A stretch of DNA of 64,000 bases from Candidatus Bathyarchaeota archaeon (GTDB taxonomy: Archaea; Thermoproteota; Bathyarchaeia; TCS64). The DNA is taken from contig JAFGHP010000082.1 in NCBI GenBank assembly GCA_016930055.1, forward strand, positions 3 through 64,002, given 5' to 3'. Of the stretch, positions 11,121 to 21,444 are shown one piece after another. A program made the position numbers and the translations under genes. The notes beneath the pieces are model-generated. The model made no database searches. It saw only the letters and a program-made list of their open reading frames with translations, and was not told where the DNA came from. Numbering within the stretch: the first letter of the stretch is position 1; the number at the start of each line of letters is the position of its first letter.

Positions 11121-12422
11121 TTGCTAAACTACGAAGAAAAAACTAAAAAAAGTAAAGCCCTCTACGAGAGAGCACAGCATGTTCTTCCGGGAGGTGTAAC
11201 CTATAGTATTAGAGCAATCCCTCCGTATCCCTTTTATGTAAAAAAAGCTGAAGGTGTCAAACTATTAGATGTTGATAATAATGTTTATACCGACTATTGG
11301 GTGGGTCATGGTGCGCTCATACTTGGACACAGTCCTAAAAGAATTGTAGAAAGAGTGAAAAAGCAATTACCTTTAGGAACCCATTATGGTTTTTCACACG
11401 AATTAGAAATTGAACTTGCAGAAAAAATATGCACTATGGTACCATCAGCTGAAATGGTTAGGTATACTAGTAGTGGTACAGAAGCAAACCTGTATACAGT
11501 ACGATTAGCTCGTACTTATACCGGAAGAAAAAAAATTATTAAAATGGAAGGAGGATGGCATGGAGCTTATGATCCTCTTCATAAAGCTGTGAATTACCCT
11601 TTTACAAATTTGGAATCAGCAGGTATTGATCCCAAAGTCTTAGAGAGTACAATTACAATACCTTTCAATAATCTTGAAGCAGCAAAAAAAACTCTTTCTG
11701 ATAAAGATATAGCAGCTTTAATTGTTGAACCAGTTCAGGGTGTAGCAGGCTTCGTCATGCCTGAACCAGAATATCTTTTAGGATTAAAAGAACTATGTAA
11801 TATTAATGGCACATTATTAGTGTTTGATGAAGTCATTACAGGTTTTAGATTAGCTCCTGGAGGAGCTCAAGAATTTTTCAATGTTAAACCAGATATTACA
11901 GTCCTTGGAAAAATCGTGGGAGGCGGGTTCCCAATTGGAGCTATGGTGGGTAGACGTGATATTTTTGAAAGAATAGACCACACAAAATACCCTTTATCAG
12001 ATCAACGTTCAGCACAAGGAGGCACATTCACTGGAAACCCAATAAGCATGGTTGCAGGCTCAGAAACATTAGATATTCTTAAAGGTGGAAGAATACACAA
12101 AAAAATTTCTAAAATTGGTGATAAAATAAGGAACGGTTTAGAAGATATTATATCGAGAAATAAAATACCAGCCACAGTAACTGGTGTTACTACTATTTTT
12201 GCTATTCACTTTACTAATAAAAAACCTTTAAACGCTTTAGAATCAGCTCAAACAGACATGAAAACTACGAAAGCATTCTTTAGCAACATGCTTGAAAATG
12301 GCATAGCTTACTTAAGTCCAACTAACTGTCATGCCATGTTAGCAGAGCCTCATACAGAAGAAGATGCGGAAAAGTTCCTTAAAGTTTCAGAAGAGTTCTT
12401 CAAAAAATACGAACCAAAATAA
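11121..12422 (+). CDS. class III aminotransferase, glutamate-1-semialdehyde 2,1-aminomutase-like
   Basis: SSGTEA, GGWHG, FDEVITGFR, LGKIVGGGFP and GTFTGNP motifs. Confidence 0.85.
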   Translation: MLNYEEKTKKSKALYERAQHVLPGGVTYSIRAIPPYPFYVKKAEGVKLLDVDNNVYTDYWVGHGALILGHSPKRIVERVKKQLPLGTHYGFSHELEIELAEKICTMVPSAEMVRYTSSGTEANLYTVRLARTYTGRKKIIKMEGGWHGAYDPLHKAVNYPFTNLESAGIDPKVLESTITIPFNNLEAAKKTLSDKDIAALIVEPVQGVAGFVMPEPEYLLGLKELCNINGTLLVFDEVITGFRLAPGGAQEFFNVKPDITVLGKIVGGGFPIGAMVGRRDIFERIDHTKYPLSDQRSAQGGTFTGNPISMVAGSETLDILKGGRIHKKISKIGDKIRNGLEDIISRNKIPATVTGVTTIFAIHFTNKKPLNALESAQTDMKTTKAFFSNMLENGIAYLSPTNCHAMLAEPHTEEDAEKFLKVSEEFFKKYEPK

Positions 12423-12514
12423 TTTTTCTTAAATTACTAAAAAAATTTTTTAACAAATTGATAAAATATAGATTAGATTCAAATTAGAGGAAATAATGGT
12501 TAAGTGTAATTCAA

Positions 12515-13399
12515 TTGAGTAAAGAGTTTTTTTTAGAAAGATATTCTCAGATGGGTCATAATTTGACCGGAAAGGAAAAAACGCAACAATCACTCAGAGT
12601 TAATTCTTTAAAAACGACATTACTTGATATCAAAAAAGAATTCATTAAGAAAGGAGCCAGATTTGAGAAAATACAGTGGTTAAAAGACGGATTTTGTATT
12701 AATGAAGTCAATTTTAGTCTTGGTTCAACAATAGAATATTTGTTGGGACACTATTCAATTCAAGAAGCAGCTTCACAATTACCCGTTGAAGTCATGTCAC
12801 CGAAACCATATGAAAAAATTTTAGATATGTGTGCTGCGCCAGGAGGTAAAACTTCACAAATTGCAGCATGGATGAAAAATAAAGGAGTAATTGTAGCAAT
12901 TGATTCAAATAGAAAAAGACTATATTCTCTTGAAAATCATTTAGAAAGGTGCGGTGTAAAAAATTCTATTGTATATTGGGGTGATTCTTCTGAATTTAAT
13001 TTTGGTAATGATAAATTTGATAGAATTTTATTAGATGCTCCTTGTTCAGGTAACTATGTTACAGATCCTAAATGGTTTAAAAAACGAAAATTAGATGACA
13101 TTAAAAAAAATTCTGAAAATCAAAAAAAATTACTTAAAGCAGCTATTAACAATATTAAACAAAGTGGGGTTATTATCTATACGACCTGTAGTCTTGAACC
13201 TGAAGAGAATGAATTTAATATTCAATGGCTTCTTGAAAATTATCCCGTAAAACTCGAATTATTTGAAGGTCCTGGGTCTTCTGGATTAATAGAAATTTTT
13301 GGAAACAAACTTAATAAAGAATTAACAAAAACAATGAGATTTTGGCCAGAATTAACCAATACTCAAGGCTTCTATATTGCTAAGGTGGTAAAAAAATGA
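12515..13399 (+). CDS. RsmB/NOP2 family RNA m5C methyltransferase
   Basis: DMCAAPGGKT, LLDAPCSG and YTTCSLEPEENE motifs. Confidence 0.92.
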   Translation: MSKEFFLERYSQMGHNLTGKEKTQQSLRVNSLKTTLLDIKKEFIKKGARFEKIQWLKDGFCINEVNFSLGSTIEYLLGHYSIQEAASQLPVEVMSPKPYEKILDMCAAPGGKTSQIAAWMKNKGVIVAIDSNRKRLYSLENHLERCGVKNSIVYWGDSSEFNFGNDKFDRILLDAPCSGNYVTDPKWFKKRKLDDIKKNSENQKKLLKAAINNIKQSGVIIYTTCSLEPEENEFNIQWLLENYPVKLELFEGPGSSGLIEIFGNKLNKELTKTMRFWPELTNTQGFYIAKVVKK

Positions 13400-13854
13400 A
13401 AGAATTACTAGATTTTTTAAATGATATTGGATCAAAAATAATACTCGATGAATCTGAAATAGTTAACATTAATAATAAATGTTTCAAAATTAATAATGAA
13501 ATAAAATCCTTAATCATAAACCGAAGTAGATTAGTTTACATTGGTAGTTTTTTAGGTAAATCCAAGAAAAAATGGGTACCAAGCACAATATTATTAGAAG
13601 AAATGTCTAAGGAAATTGAAACAAACAAAATTTGGATAGATGATGAAGCAGCTTGGTTATTTGTATGTGGTAGAGACATATTTTTAGATAAAATTCTTAA
13701 TTTATCAACAGAACTGAAGGAAGGCATAAAATATCTCGTTATGAATAACGAAAAGTGTTTAGGTATTGTTACTGTTGAATCTCAAAATAATAAATTAATT
13801 TTATCAAATAACTTTGATATTGGAGACTTTCTTCGTAGAGAAAAAAATATTTAA
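13396..13854 (+). CDS. NIP7-like PUA-domain ribosome biogenesis protein
   Basis: AWLFVCGRDI and DIGDFLRRE motifs; ATGA overlap with the NOP2-like gene. Confidence 0.7.
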   Translation: MKELLDFLNDIGSKIILDESEIVNINNKCFKINNEIKSLIINRSRLVYIGSFLGKSKKKWVPSTILLEEMSKEIETNKIWIDDEAAWLFVCGRDIFLDKILNLSTELKEGIKYLVMNNEKCLGIVTVESQNNKLILSNNFDIGDFLRREKNI

Positions 13855-13865
13855 AAATAGTTTAT

Positions 13866-14720
13866 CTATTTTATTCCAAGATATTTTGAAATATTTGCTT
13901 TGGGATCAAATTTTATTTGTATAGTATCATCTTTTGAACTAAGGATAGTAGTAACTCCTGGTCCATGCCCTGCTTGATAACTCCAACCATGAATTACTAT
14001 ACCAATCGTTACTGCACCTTTATAGTATCCACGACCATACCAATTCAATTGATCTCTTAAACAGACAACATCGCCAAACCTAATGTTCTTCAGATTAAAT
14101 TCATCATATACTTCGGGGCAAGTTGTCTGAATATCATAATCTATAGTAACAGGCCACATTCCATAACCTGATCCCATAATATAACACGGATACTCGCTGG
14201 CAACAGGGACAACAAGTTTACCTTTCTTTTCTTCTATACTAAGTTTTTCAAGAAGTAGAGGATCGATTTTGTTTACATGTACAGACTCTTCAAATCCAAG
14301 AATCTTTAAACCAACTCCCCATGCCTTAATCTTTAGTCGGTCTCCAGGTACTATTTTTTCTTGGTCTTCAGGTTTAAACCAAACCATGAAATGTCCATGT
14401 TTTCCAGTTATGTAGCCTTTTGCGCCTTTTGCATCACCAGATACTATTGTAACGTCATTTCCTATGCATCCTGCTACTCCAAGTGCATTTGCTTCATTAG
14501 GATCTTTGTTTTGTATACTTAAACCGCATTCAGTATGCTCTTCATCAGCCCATCCTGTTGTTAGATCACCTACCGTTACATTGTACTTTACACCACTCAT
14601 ACCGATACCTAATCTAGGTATACCATTAAAATCTGCTCTGTAATCTCTACTTGCGGAAGGATGGTTTACTTCAGCCATAACAGCCATTTTAATTAGTTTA
14701 TCTTTGTTAGTTTTTATCAT
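13866..14720 (-). CDS. DUF4438 (TM1086-like) protein A
   Basis: KTNKDKL, G.KYNV.VGD, GKHG, DYDI, G.YYKGAVTIG and GHGPGVT motifs; GAGGTGA SD before ATG 14720. Confidence 0.8.
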   Translation of the reverse strand: MIKTNKDKLIKMAVMAEVNHPSASRDYRADFNGIPRLGIGMSGVKYNVTVGDLTTGWADEEHTECGLSIQNKDPNEANALGVAGCIGNDVTIVSGDAKGAKGYITGKHGHFMVWFKPEDQEKIVPGDRLKIKAWGVGLKILGFEESVHVNKIDPLLLEKLSIEEKKGKLVVPVASEYPCYIMGSGYGMWPVTIDYDIQTTCPEVYDEFNLKNIRFGDVVCLRDQLNWYGRGYYKGAVTIGIVIHGWSYQAGHGPGVTTILSSKDDTIQIKFDPKANISKYLGIK

Positions 14721-14725
14721 ATGTA

Positions 14726-15640
14726 TCACCTCAACTCCAAGAATTTTACTAAATTTGCATCAGGTTCAACTCTAGTTTTTATGAATCCTTTTTTAGAGGC
14801 AGCAATAGCCATAACACTTGGTCCCTGCCCTGCAACTTCGCTTCCACCGGTAGTAATAATTCCAATTGTAATCGCGCCTCTGTAGTATCCTTTCCCATAA
14901 TGCATTAATGCATCTTTAATAGCAATAAGATCACCAAATCTAAGATTTTTAATACCTAAATCTTCGACTAAGTGAGGAGGATTACTCTGAATACACCAGC
15001 CACCAGTTTCAGGGCTTGAACCACCAACACCGATACCCATTGCATGAATTGGAATAATTTTAGAGACAGGTAATTCTAAAATACCATCACTTAATTTTGG
15101 ATTTAAAGATTCAAGTAGCTTTGGTGAAGTATTAAAAAGACGCCCTTCCCATCCCTCAATAGCTAGTCCTACACCTTCACTAACGACTTTAACTCTATCT
15201 CCGGTACACATTTTTTCAAGACTCTCAGTTGGGAACCATGATTGTAGATGCGAACTAGTAACACCTATACCCCCTTTTCCAGTTATAATTCCTATACTTC
15301 CTTTGCCGTCTCCAGAAATGATAGTTACCTTATTTGCTACATTACTTAATTTTAGAAATGCAATACTTGTTCCGGATGTACTTCTTGGAGTGCTTGGACC
15401 ATCATCTAATCCCATAAGAGAAACTCCGGGTTCTAAATATTCTGATTCAGGCCAACCCAGACAGGGATCACCAATTTTAATATTATATTTTATACCCCCC
15501 GGACCCAATCCTAATTTAGCTCTCCCATCCCAAGTTGTTACATATCCACCACGTGGATCACTTGACGAAAGACTTGGGGGTGCAATTTTTCCTATTAGAA
15601 CTTGTTTCATAAGAGTATCTTTGTTAGTTTTAATATCCAT
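14726..15640 (-). CDS. DUF4438 (TM1086-like) protein B
   Basis: KTNKDTL, GGIKYNIKIGD, EPGVS and KGYYRGAITIG; clear paralog of the neighbouring gene. Confidence 0.78.
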   Translation of the reverse strand: MDIKTNKDTLMKQVLIGKIAPPSLSSSDPRGGYVTTWDGRAKLGLGPGGIKYNIKIGDPCLGWPESEYLEPGVSLMGLDDGPSTPRSTSGTSIAFLKLSNVANKVTIISGDGKGSIGIITGKGGIGVTSSHLQSWFPTESLEKMCTGDRVKVVSEGVGLAIEGWEGRLFNTSPKLLESLNPKLSDGILELPVSKIIPIHAMGIGVGGSSPETGGWCIQSNPPHLVEDLGIKNLRFGDLIAIKDALMHYGKGYYRGAITIGIITTGGSEVAGQGPSVMAIAASKKGFIKTRVEPDANLVKFLELR

Positions 15641-15814
15641 ATCAAAACCTCAAATTAAATAAGTCTTCAATAATAAATAATATTCTAATAAAATATAGCT
15701 AGAAAATTTTATAAAAAAATATTTTTTTTACATAATACCTTTAAGTAACCCTAATCAAATCAAGATAATGGAAATTAAAAGATTAATTAAATAAAAATTT
15801 TAGGAAAACGCAAT

Positions 15815-16681
15815 ATGAGTAACCAAAAAGTAGCATCAGTAGCAGTAATTGGTGGCCTAGTCATTTTCATTACAAAAATATTAGCATACCTTTTTTCAGG
15901 TTCCATCGCTTTACTGTCTGACGCGCTAGAAAGTATAAGTAATATTTTAGCTTCCTTGCTCATGTTTTTAAGTCTAAGAATAAGCAGTAAACCAGCTGAT
16001 GTTGACCATCAATATGGACATCAAAAAATAGAATATGTAAGTGCATCTATTGAAGGTATATTAGTCAGCGTAGCAGGATTAGCAATTGCATATACTGCTA
16101 TAAATAGAATTTTTACACCTGTTGAACTTGGTATTATAGACTTTGCATTAATAATTAGTTTTAGTGCCACAATCGGTAATGCACTTTTAAGTATGTATTT
16201 ATCAAAAAACGCAAAAATTAGTGGTAGTTTAGCATTAGAAGGAGATTCTAAACATCTTTTGAGTGATGTTCTAAGTAGTATAGGTGTGTTAGTTGGGCTT
16301 ATTATAGCAAAATTTACTGGTTGGACAATATTAGATCCACTTTTAGCTTTATTTATCTCTGGGTTAGTTTTAAAAATGGGGATTGAACTTATTGTAAAAT
16401 CTATTAATGGTTTATTGGATCAAAGTTGTCCAGAAGTGGAGAGTAAAATTAGTGATCTCTTAAATCAACATAAACCCAATTTTGTAGATTATCATAATTT
16501 ACGTACGAGACGTAGTGGAAATAAAATATATGCAGAATTGCATTTGAGTATAAATGGAGAGACTTCTGTTAAAGAGGCACATGATTTTACTGATCATTTA
16601 CAAAAAGATTTGGTAAAAGAAATCCCTACACTTGTTATTAATATTCATATTGAACCACCTAACGCTAATATCCATGATTAA
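15815..16681 (+). CDS. cation diffusion facilitator (FieF-like) transporter
   Basis: SIALLSDALES, HQYGHQKIE, HLLSD and HIEP motifs. Confidence 0.92.
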   Translation: MSNQKVASVAVIGGLVIFITKILAYLFSGSIALLSDALESISNILASLLMFLSLRISSKPADVDHQYGHQKIEYVSASIEGILVSVAGLAIAYTAINRIFTPVELGIIDFALIISFSATIGNALLSMYLSKNAKISGSLALEGDSKHLLSDVLSSIGVLVGLIIAKFTGWTILDPLLALFISGLVLKMGIELIVKSINGLLDQSCPEVESKISDLLNQHKPNFVDYHNLRTRRSGNKIYAELHLSINGETSVKEAHDFTDHLQKDLVKEIPTLVINIHIEPPNANIHD

Positions 16682-16707
16682 AAAAAATTTAAAAAAAGAA
16701 TTTTAAT

Positions 16708-17280
16708 CTATAATATTATATGAGTATAAAGAATTCTAATTCCTATACCTATTAGAATTAATCCTCCTAATATCTCAGCTCTTTTTCCAAATTTAGAACC
16801 TGTTAGACAACCAATTTTTACACCAATAAAAGTGAAAAGAAATGCACTTATGCCAATAACGATTGCAGGAATTAATATAGCAATGTTTTCTAGACTAAAA
16901 CTTAATCCAATTGCTATGCTATCAATACTAACTGCTAAACTGAACATTAATAGACTATTATTGTTTAGAATTTCATAACTAACCGAATTAATTTCTTTTT
17001 TTTCATTAATCGCTGAAAAAATCATTTTTCCACCAACATACAATAAGAGTAGAAATGCAACCCAGTGATCATACTCAGAGATCATGTTAACAAAACTAGA
17101 ACCAGCAAACCAACCTAAAATAGGCATAAATATATGAAACACTCCGAAACTTGTAGCGATTTTTAAGACTTGTTTTTGGGTTATTGATTTCAAACCAAAT
17201 CCGGTAATACATGACACACTAAACACATCCATGCTCATACCAATTGCGATCAAGATAAGCGAGATTACGTCTAAATCCAA
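16708..17280 (-). CDS. mntP: manganese efflux pump MntP
   Basis: MSMDVFSVS, FHIFMP..GW, DHW, SIDS and AEILGGLILI motifs. Confidence 0.88.
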   Translation of the reverse strand: MDLDVISLILIAIGMSMDVFSVSCITGFGLKSITQKQVLKIATSFGVFHIFMPILGWFAGSSFVNMISEYDHWVAFLLLLYVGGKMIFSAINEKKEINSVSYEILNNNSLLMFSLAVSIDSIAIGLSFSLENIAILIPAIVIGISAFLFTFIGVKIGCLTGSKFGKRAEILGGLILIGIGIRILYTHIIL

Positions 17281-17411
17281 AGGGCTTCTACCTGAATAAT
17301 CAAAGGTAAGAAAAAAAAGTTTGGGTTCTTAATTATCTAAAATATAATTAATTACTTATATGAATATTAAAAAAAATTGATAATACTGCTAAAAATTAGA
17401 AAAAGGGGAAT

Positions 17412-18584
17412 TTATTTTTTATGTTTTTTAGCACATCGCTCGATTCTATTGCATGCTTCTTCTATTCCATTCATAGGAACTACGAGTGCAAAACGCATAT
17501 GGCCTTCACTTGTTGGACCATATCCTGAACCAGAAGCAGCACGTAGATTTTCTTCTTCATTTAATAATTTACTAAATTCTGCACTAGATATACCTAAACC
17601 ACTTATATCAGGGAAAGTATAGAAAGTGCCTTCAGGCATTGGGCAACTTATTCCTGGGATCTCATTCATTCTTTTTACGAAGTGTTTAACTCTTTGATAA
17701 TATTGATTTTTCATCATTGCCACAAAATCCCATCCTTCTTTCGTTGTAAGAGCCTTAGCTGCTGCATATTGGAAAGGCACAGGCATGCTACATATACCCG
17801 TTGGTACAGCACCTACATAACGCATTAGCTCTGGACCACCTAGAATAAAACCTGCACGTAGACCAGTCCAAGCAAAAGTTTTGCTGAAACTCATGAGAAC
17901 TAATGTTCTCTCTTCCATTCCTTTCATACCGATTAAGCTTTTATGTACATGATTGTCCCATGTAAACTCCACATAAATTTCATCTGCAATTATTATAATA
18001 TCTTTCTCAATCGATAACTCAGCTAACTGCCTTAATTCATCTTCAGTATATACTGTACCTGCTGGGTTATCTGGATTACAGAATAATAGTGCTTTTGTGT
18101 TAGAAGTAACTGCTTTTCTAATATTATCAAAATCAGGTCTAAATATGCCCTTCACTTTCTTAGATGGAGCTTTAACAATTTTTGTACCAAAATAAGAAGC
18201 TGGTTGAGAATAACCACCATATGTTGGTTCGGGGAGAATTAATTCGTCACCTGGATTAAATAAAGCACCAAAGGCTCTAAATATTGCTTGGCTCCCACCC
18301 GACTCTATAGCTATTTGACCAAAAGGATCTTTAACCTCGTAGCCAAATTTCTTATAGTATTGAGCGATAGCCTGTCTGAATTCTGGGACACCGCTGAATG
18401 CATAATGAGTTTTACCCTCCTTCATTGAATCATAAACAGCTTTGTTAATGAATTCAGGTTGATCAAAATCAGGATCACCCGCTCCTAGGTTAATTAAACC
18501 AGGACGAGGGGGAACATTCACACGTGTTGCTGAGCCACCACCAAGATGAGATAGCTCTTTCTTAACATATTTACTAACAGACAT
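17412..18584 (-). CDS. class I/II PLP-dependent aminotransferase
   Basis: GDPDF, NPDNPAG, DEIY and SFSKTFAWTGLRAG motifs; ATG 18584 preferred as start. Confidence 0.92.
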   Translation of the reverse strand: MSVSKYVKKELSHLGGGSATRVNVPPRPGLINLGAGDPDFDQPEFINKAVYDSMKEGKTHYAFSGVPEFRQAIAQYYKKFGYEVKDPFGQIAIESGGSQAIFRAFGALFNPGDELILPEPTYGGYSQPASYFGTKIVKAPSKKVKGIFRPDFDNIRKAVTSNTKALLFCNPDNPAGTVYTEDELRQLAELSIEKDIIIIADEIYVEFTWDNHVHKSLIGMKGMEERTLVLMSFSKTFAWTGLRAGFILGGPELMRYVGAVPTGICSMPVPFQYAAAKALTTKEGWDFVAMMKNQYYQRVKHFVKRMNEIPGISCPMPEGTFYTFPDISGLGISSAEFSKLLNEEENLRAASGSGYGPTSEGHMRFALVVPMNGIEEACNRIERCAKKHKK

Positions 18585-18683
18585 TTCTACCACGTATCTC
18601 TGAAGCAATACATAATAGCTATAAAACGTCTTCGATACTTATTTGAATAAAAAGGAAAGAATAAAGTAAAAAATGAATAAATA

Positions 18684-21218
18684 TTAGCCCAGAAGAGCGT
18701 TGAATAATAATTTAAACGAAGCATCGCTTTGTGCTCTAAATTGTGGTGAAAATCCATAAAGCACTACTCTGCCTTTATCCATATTAACTTCAACCATAGC
18801 TGCTCGTCGGGATAGTTTTTCTTCACCATTCAGCCATCCACTTTCCATTATTCTTTCTTCAGGATAATTGAGAACAACATGGCTTTTATAGCTGTCTTTT
18901 CCTGGTCGGATTTCGAATGCAAGAGGTGAACGGAAAATGATTAATAGATCTTTTTGAACTCCCCAAGCTAATTGATTGTCAGAATCGACATTAACATGAA
19001 GTGTTGAACCCGGACAAGTAAATTCTGTTGGTTTAACATCAATCAACATGTTTTTTACTGGTAACTTAAACTCTTCAATTGCGAAGTTACTTGATTCATT
19101 AAGTGCGAGAACTGTTCCTCCATCTTTAATAAATTCTTTAACTTTATCAACACCCTCTTTACCAATCCCTGATTTGTAACCATCTGGCCATTTAGAAAAG
19201 GTCTGCATGCCTTGGAATCTTTTCTCATAATACTCTTCTATTCCTTCACCTGTTATCATCTGTTTACTATCTGATGGGAAAATTAACACATCGAGTTTGT
19301 TAATGAGTTTTCCTTTTTTAATGTCTTTATCGGTAACGGATTTGAAATTAAATCTATATTGTTCAAGTAACCAACGAGTCCAGCCTTCATCCATATTACC
19401 TCCATATAAGCGTTGATACATTCCTATTCGTAATAGTTTTGTTGGTTTTTCTGAAATCTCTTCAGATGGAGCAGCTTCAAATATTAAATGATATCTTCTG
19501 GCAAGCTTATTTAACTCTACTTTTACCTCAGAGCTACCAATGATGTGCCAAGAACCAATACCATAATTGTTTTCACCCACTTTAACAGGTTTTAGTAAAC
19601 GGCAAACTTCTATCCCTTTCCTTAAAAGCCTATTAATTGCAGCAAAAGCATCGTTTACATTTGAATCAACTAACCAGCCATTTGGAGCAGACTCAGCTAC
19701 ATCTCCCCTTGGGAATCTAAGAGAAGGCAAAGACTCGAAAGTGCCATCAAAAAAGTTTTGGACTTCATGTATTTTCACTCCCATAAACTCTGGTACAGTA
19801 TATGCAGCTAAATCATATGGAGTAATTGGTGTTCCATCAGCTCTTTTACTGTAAGGTCCTACACGGTAGAAAGTTCTTTTAAGTAAACTCATCAAATATG
19901 GTCTACATGTTTGCGAAGCAAATATGATGTAAGTTCCTCTAGGATAAGTTATACCATCCGCAACAAATTCTCTTTGACTTCTATTAACTTCGACGTTCAT
20001 GTCCATTAACATTTTAATAAATTTATATGCAGTTAATTCATCGTGTTGTGAAGGTTTTATAACAAAAGCGAAAGGTGGTTCAGTATTCCCTTTTGTAATG
20101 CTTCTTGTAGCTTTAATGTACATATTATTTAATATAGTTTCACGGAAACTTGAGACAGCTTGTAATAGTGCTATTGCGGAGGTTTTTTGTTGTTTCACAA
20201 TATCTCTTAGTGTCCACCATCCTCCAAGCCATGGGTGTGGGAAACCCATTTGAACATGATTCTCGGGACGCCCTCTGCTACTTCCTCGAAGCTGATGTGG
20301 ATGTACATATAATGGTGTTGCTAGACTAGCACTTGCTGATTCTGTTAGCATTCCACAAATATTATGCCAACAAGGAACATAATTGAAAGTTGGCATGAAT
20401 TCTCCAGGATAGGTTGCTGCTGATTCTATACCATAGCATCCGTTTTTCTCTAGTAAGACATGCATTAGACCACCATAGAGTTCCTGTTCGGTCCAAATTA
20501 ATGGGTCTACGTTTTCATCAACTGGGTTAGCAAAAGGCGGAATATAGTATCTAGCACCTGTTGAACCCATGTGATGGAAGTCAATATAAGCTTGAGGATG
20601 CCATTCTTTGTACATTATTTGACTCATGTATTTTGATTCAACCATTAGGTTAGTAATTGCATCCCGGTTGTTGTCATGACCAACATATTTATGATAAAGT
20701 TTAGGAGTCGAAAGCCCCTCATATTCGGTTCCTAGCCATTTATTATACCAGTCAGTAACAATAATTTGTCCATCGGGATTGAAGCTTGGAAACATTAGTA
20801 AAACAGTATTTTTTCTAACTTCTTCATACTCAGGAAGAGTGGCAAACTCATAAGCTAATTCAGGAGCCATCTGTGTGCCCCCAATTTCTGTAGCATGAAG
20901 ACTCATACTCATAGCTACAACAGTTTTACCTTTAGAGATGATTTCTTTAACTTCTTTTTCTTTCAGATCCTTAGGATGAGCAATATTATAACTCATTTCT
21001 CTAATTTTCTCTAAGTTTTTGATATTATCTGATGAAGAGATAATAACAAAAAGAAAGGGGTTACCTTCTGTTGTTTTACCTAATTCGGTAACTTCCACAC
21101 AAGGAGATTTGGAAAGTAAACCAAAATATTCTACAATTTTATCCCATCGTTCTAGTTTTCGATCTGCTCCCATTTTATGCCCAAAAAACTCTTCAGGTGA
21201 AATAATATATGATGACAT
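18684..21218 (-). CDS. M14 family zinc carboxypeptidase-like protein (paralog 2)
   Basis: HATE, NPDG, DNNRD, DFHHM and DEGWTR motifs. Confidence 0.88.
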   Translation of the reverse strand: MSSYIISPEEFFGHKMGADRKLERWDKIVEYFGLLSKSPCVEVTELGKTTEGNPFLFVIISSSDNIKNLEKIREMSYNIAHPKDLKEKEVKEIISKGKTVVAMSMSLHATEIGGTQMAPELAYEFATLPEYEEVRKNTVLLMFPSFNPDGQIIVTDWYNKWLGTEYEGLSTPKLYHKYVGHDNNRDAITNLMVESKYMSQIMYKEWHPQAYIDFHHMGSTGARYYIPPFANPVDENVDPLIWTEQELYGGLMHVLLEKNGCYGIESAATYPGEFMPTFNYVPCWHNICGMLTESASASLATPLYVHPHQLRGSSRGRPENHVQMGFPHPWLGGWWTLRDIVKQQKTSAIALLQAVSSFRETILNNMYIKATRSITKGNTEPPFAFVIKPSQHDELTAYKFIKMLMDMNVEVNRSQREFVADGITYPRGTYIIFASQTCRPYLMSLLKRTFYRVGPYSKRADGTPITPYDLAAYTVPEFMGVKIHEVQNFFDGTFESLPSLRFPRGDVAESAPNGWLVDSNVNDAFAAINRLLRKGIEVCRLLKPVKVGENNYGIGSWHIIGSSEVKVELNKLARRYHLIFEAAPSEEISEKPTKLLRIGMYQRLYGGNMDEGWTRWLLEQYRFNFKSVTDKDIKKGKLINKLDVLIFPSDSKQMITGEGIEEYYEKRFQGMQTFSKWPDGYKSGIGKEGVDKVKEFIKDGGTVLALNESSNFAIEEFKLPVKNMLIDVKPTEFTCPGSTLHVNVDSDNQLAWGVQKDLLIIFRSPLAFEIRPGKDSYKSHVVLNYPEERIMESGWLNGEEKLSRRAAMVEVNMDKGRVVLYGFSPQFRAQSDASFKLLFNALLG

Positions 21219-21409
21219 GGATATTGAATAACGAATTCATTTAAAAAATCATCCATAAAAAAACGTTTTTTTTAAAGATTTTTAAGCTAATAAATAGGAT
21301 ATTGATAGAAAACAGCAATACAGAGTTTTTTTAAATAATTTAAATAATTTTAGTGATAGTGAATTATTTTAAAAAACCTATAACTATAATATAATCCATG
21401 AAATATTCG

Positions 21410-21421
21410 GAAAGGGTTAAA
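21410..21421 (+). promoter_or_regulatory. BRE-TATA promoter of the structured RNA
   Basis: GAAAGGGTTAAA about 24 nt upstream of the first paired G (21445). Confidence 0.55.
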
Positions 21422-21444
21422 CGGTTAGAATAAAAGAGTATTTT

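Noticed and set aside
17281-17411. yybP-ykoY Mn riboswitch upstream of mntP
   Set aside because: The spacer is short and AT-rich, without the conserved core.
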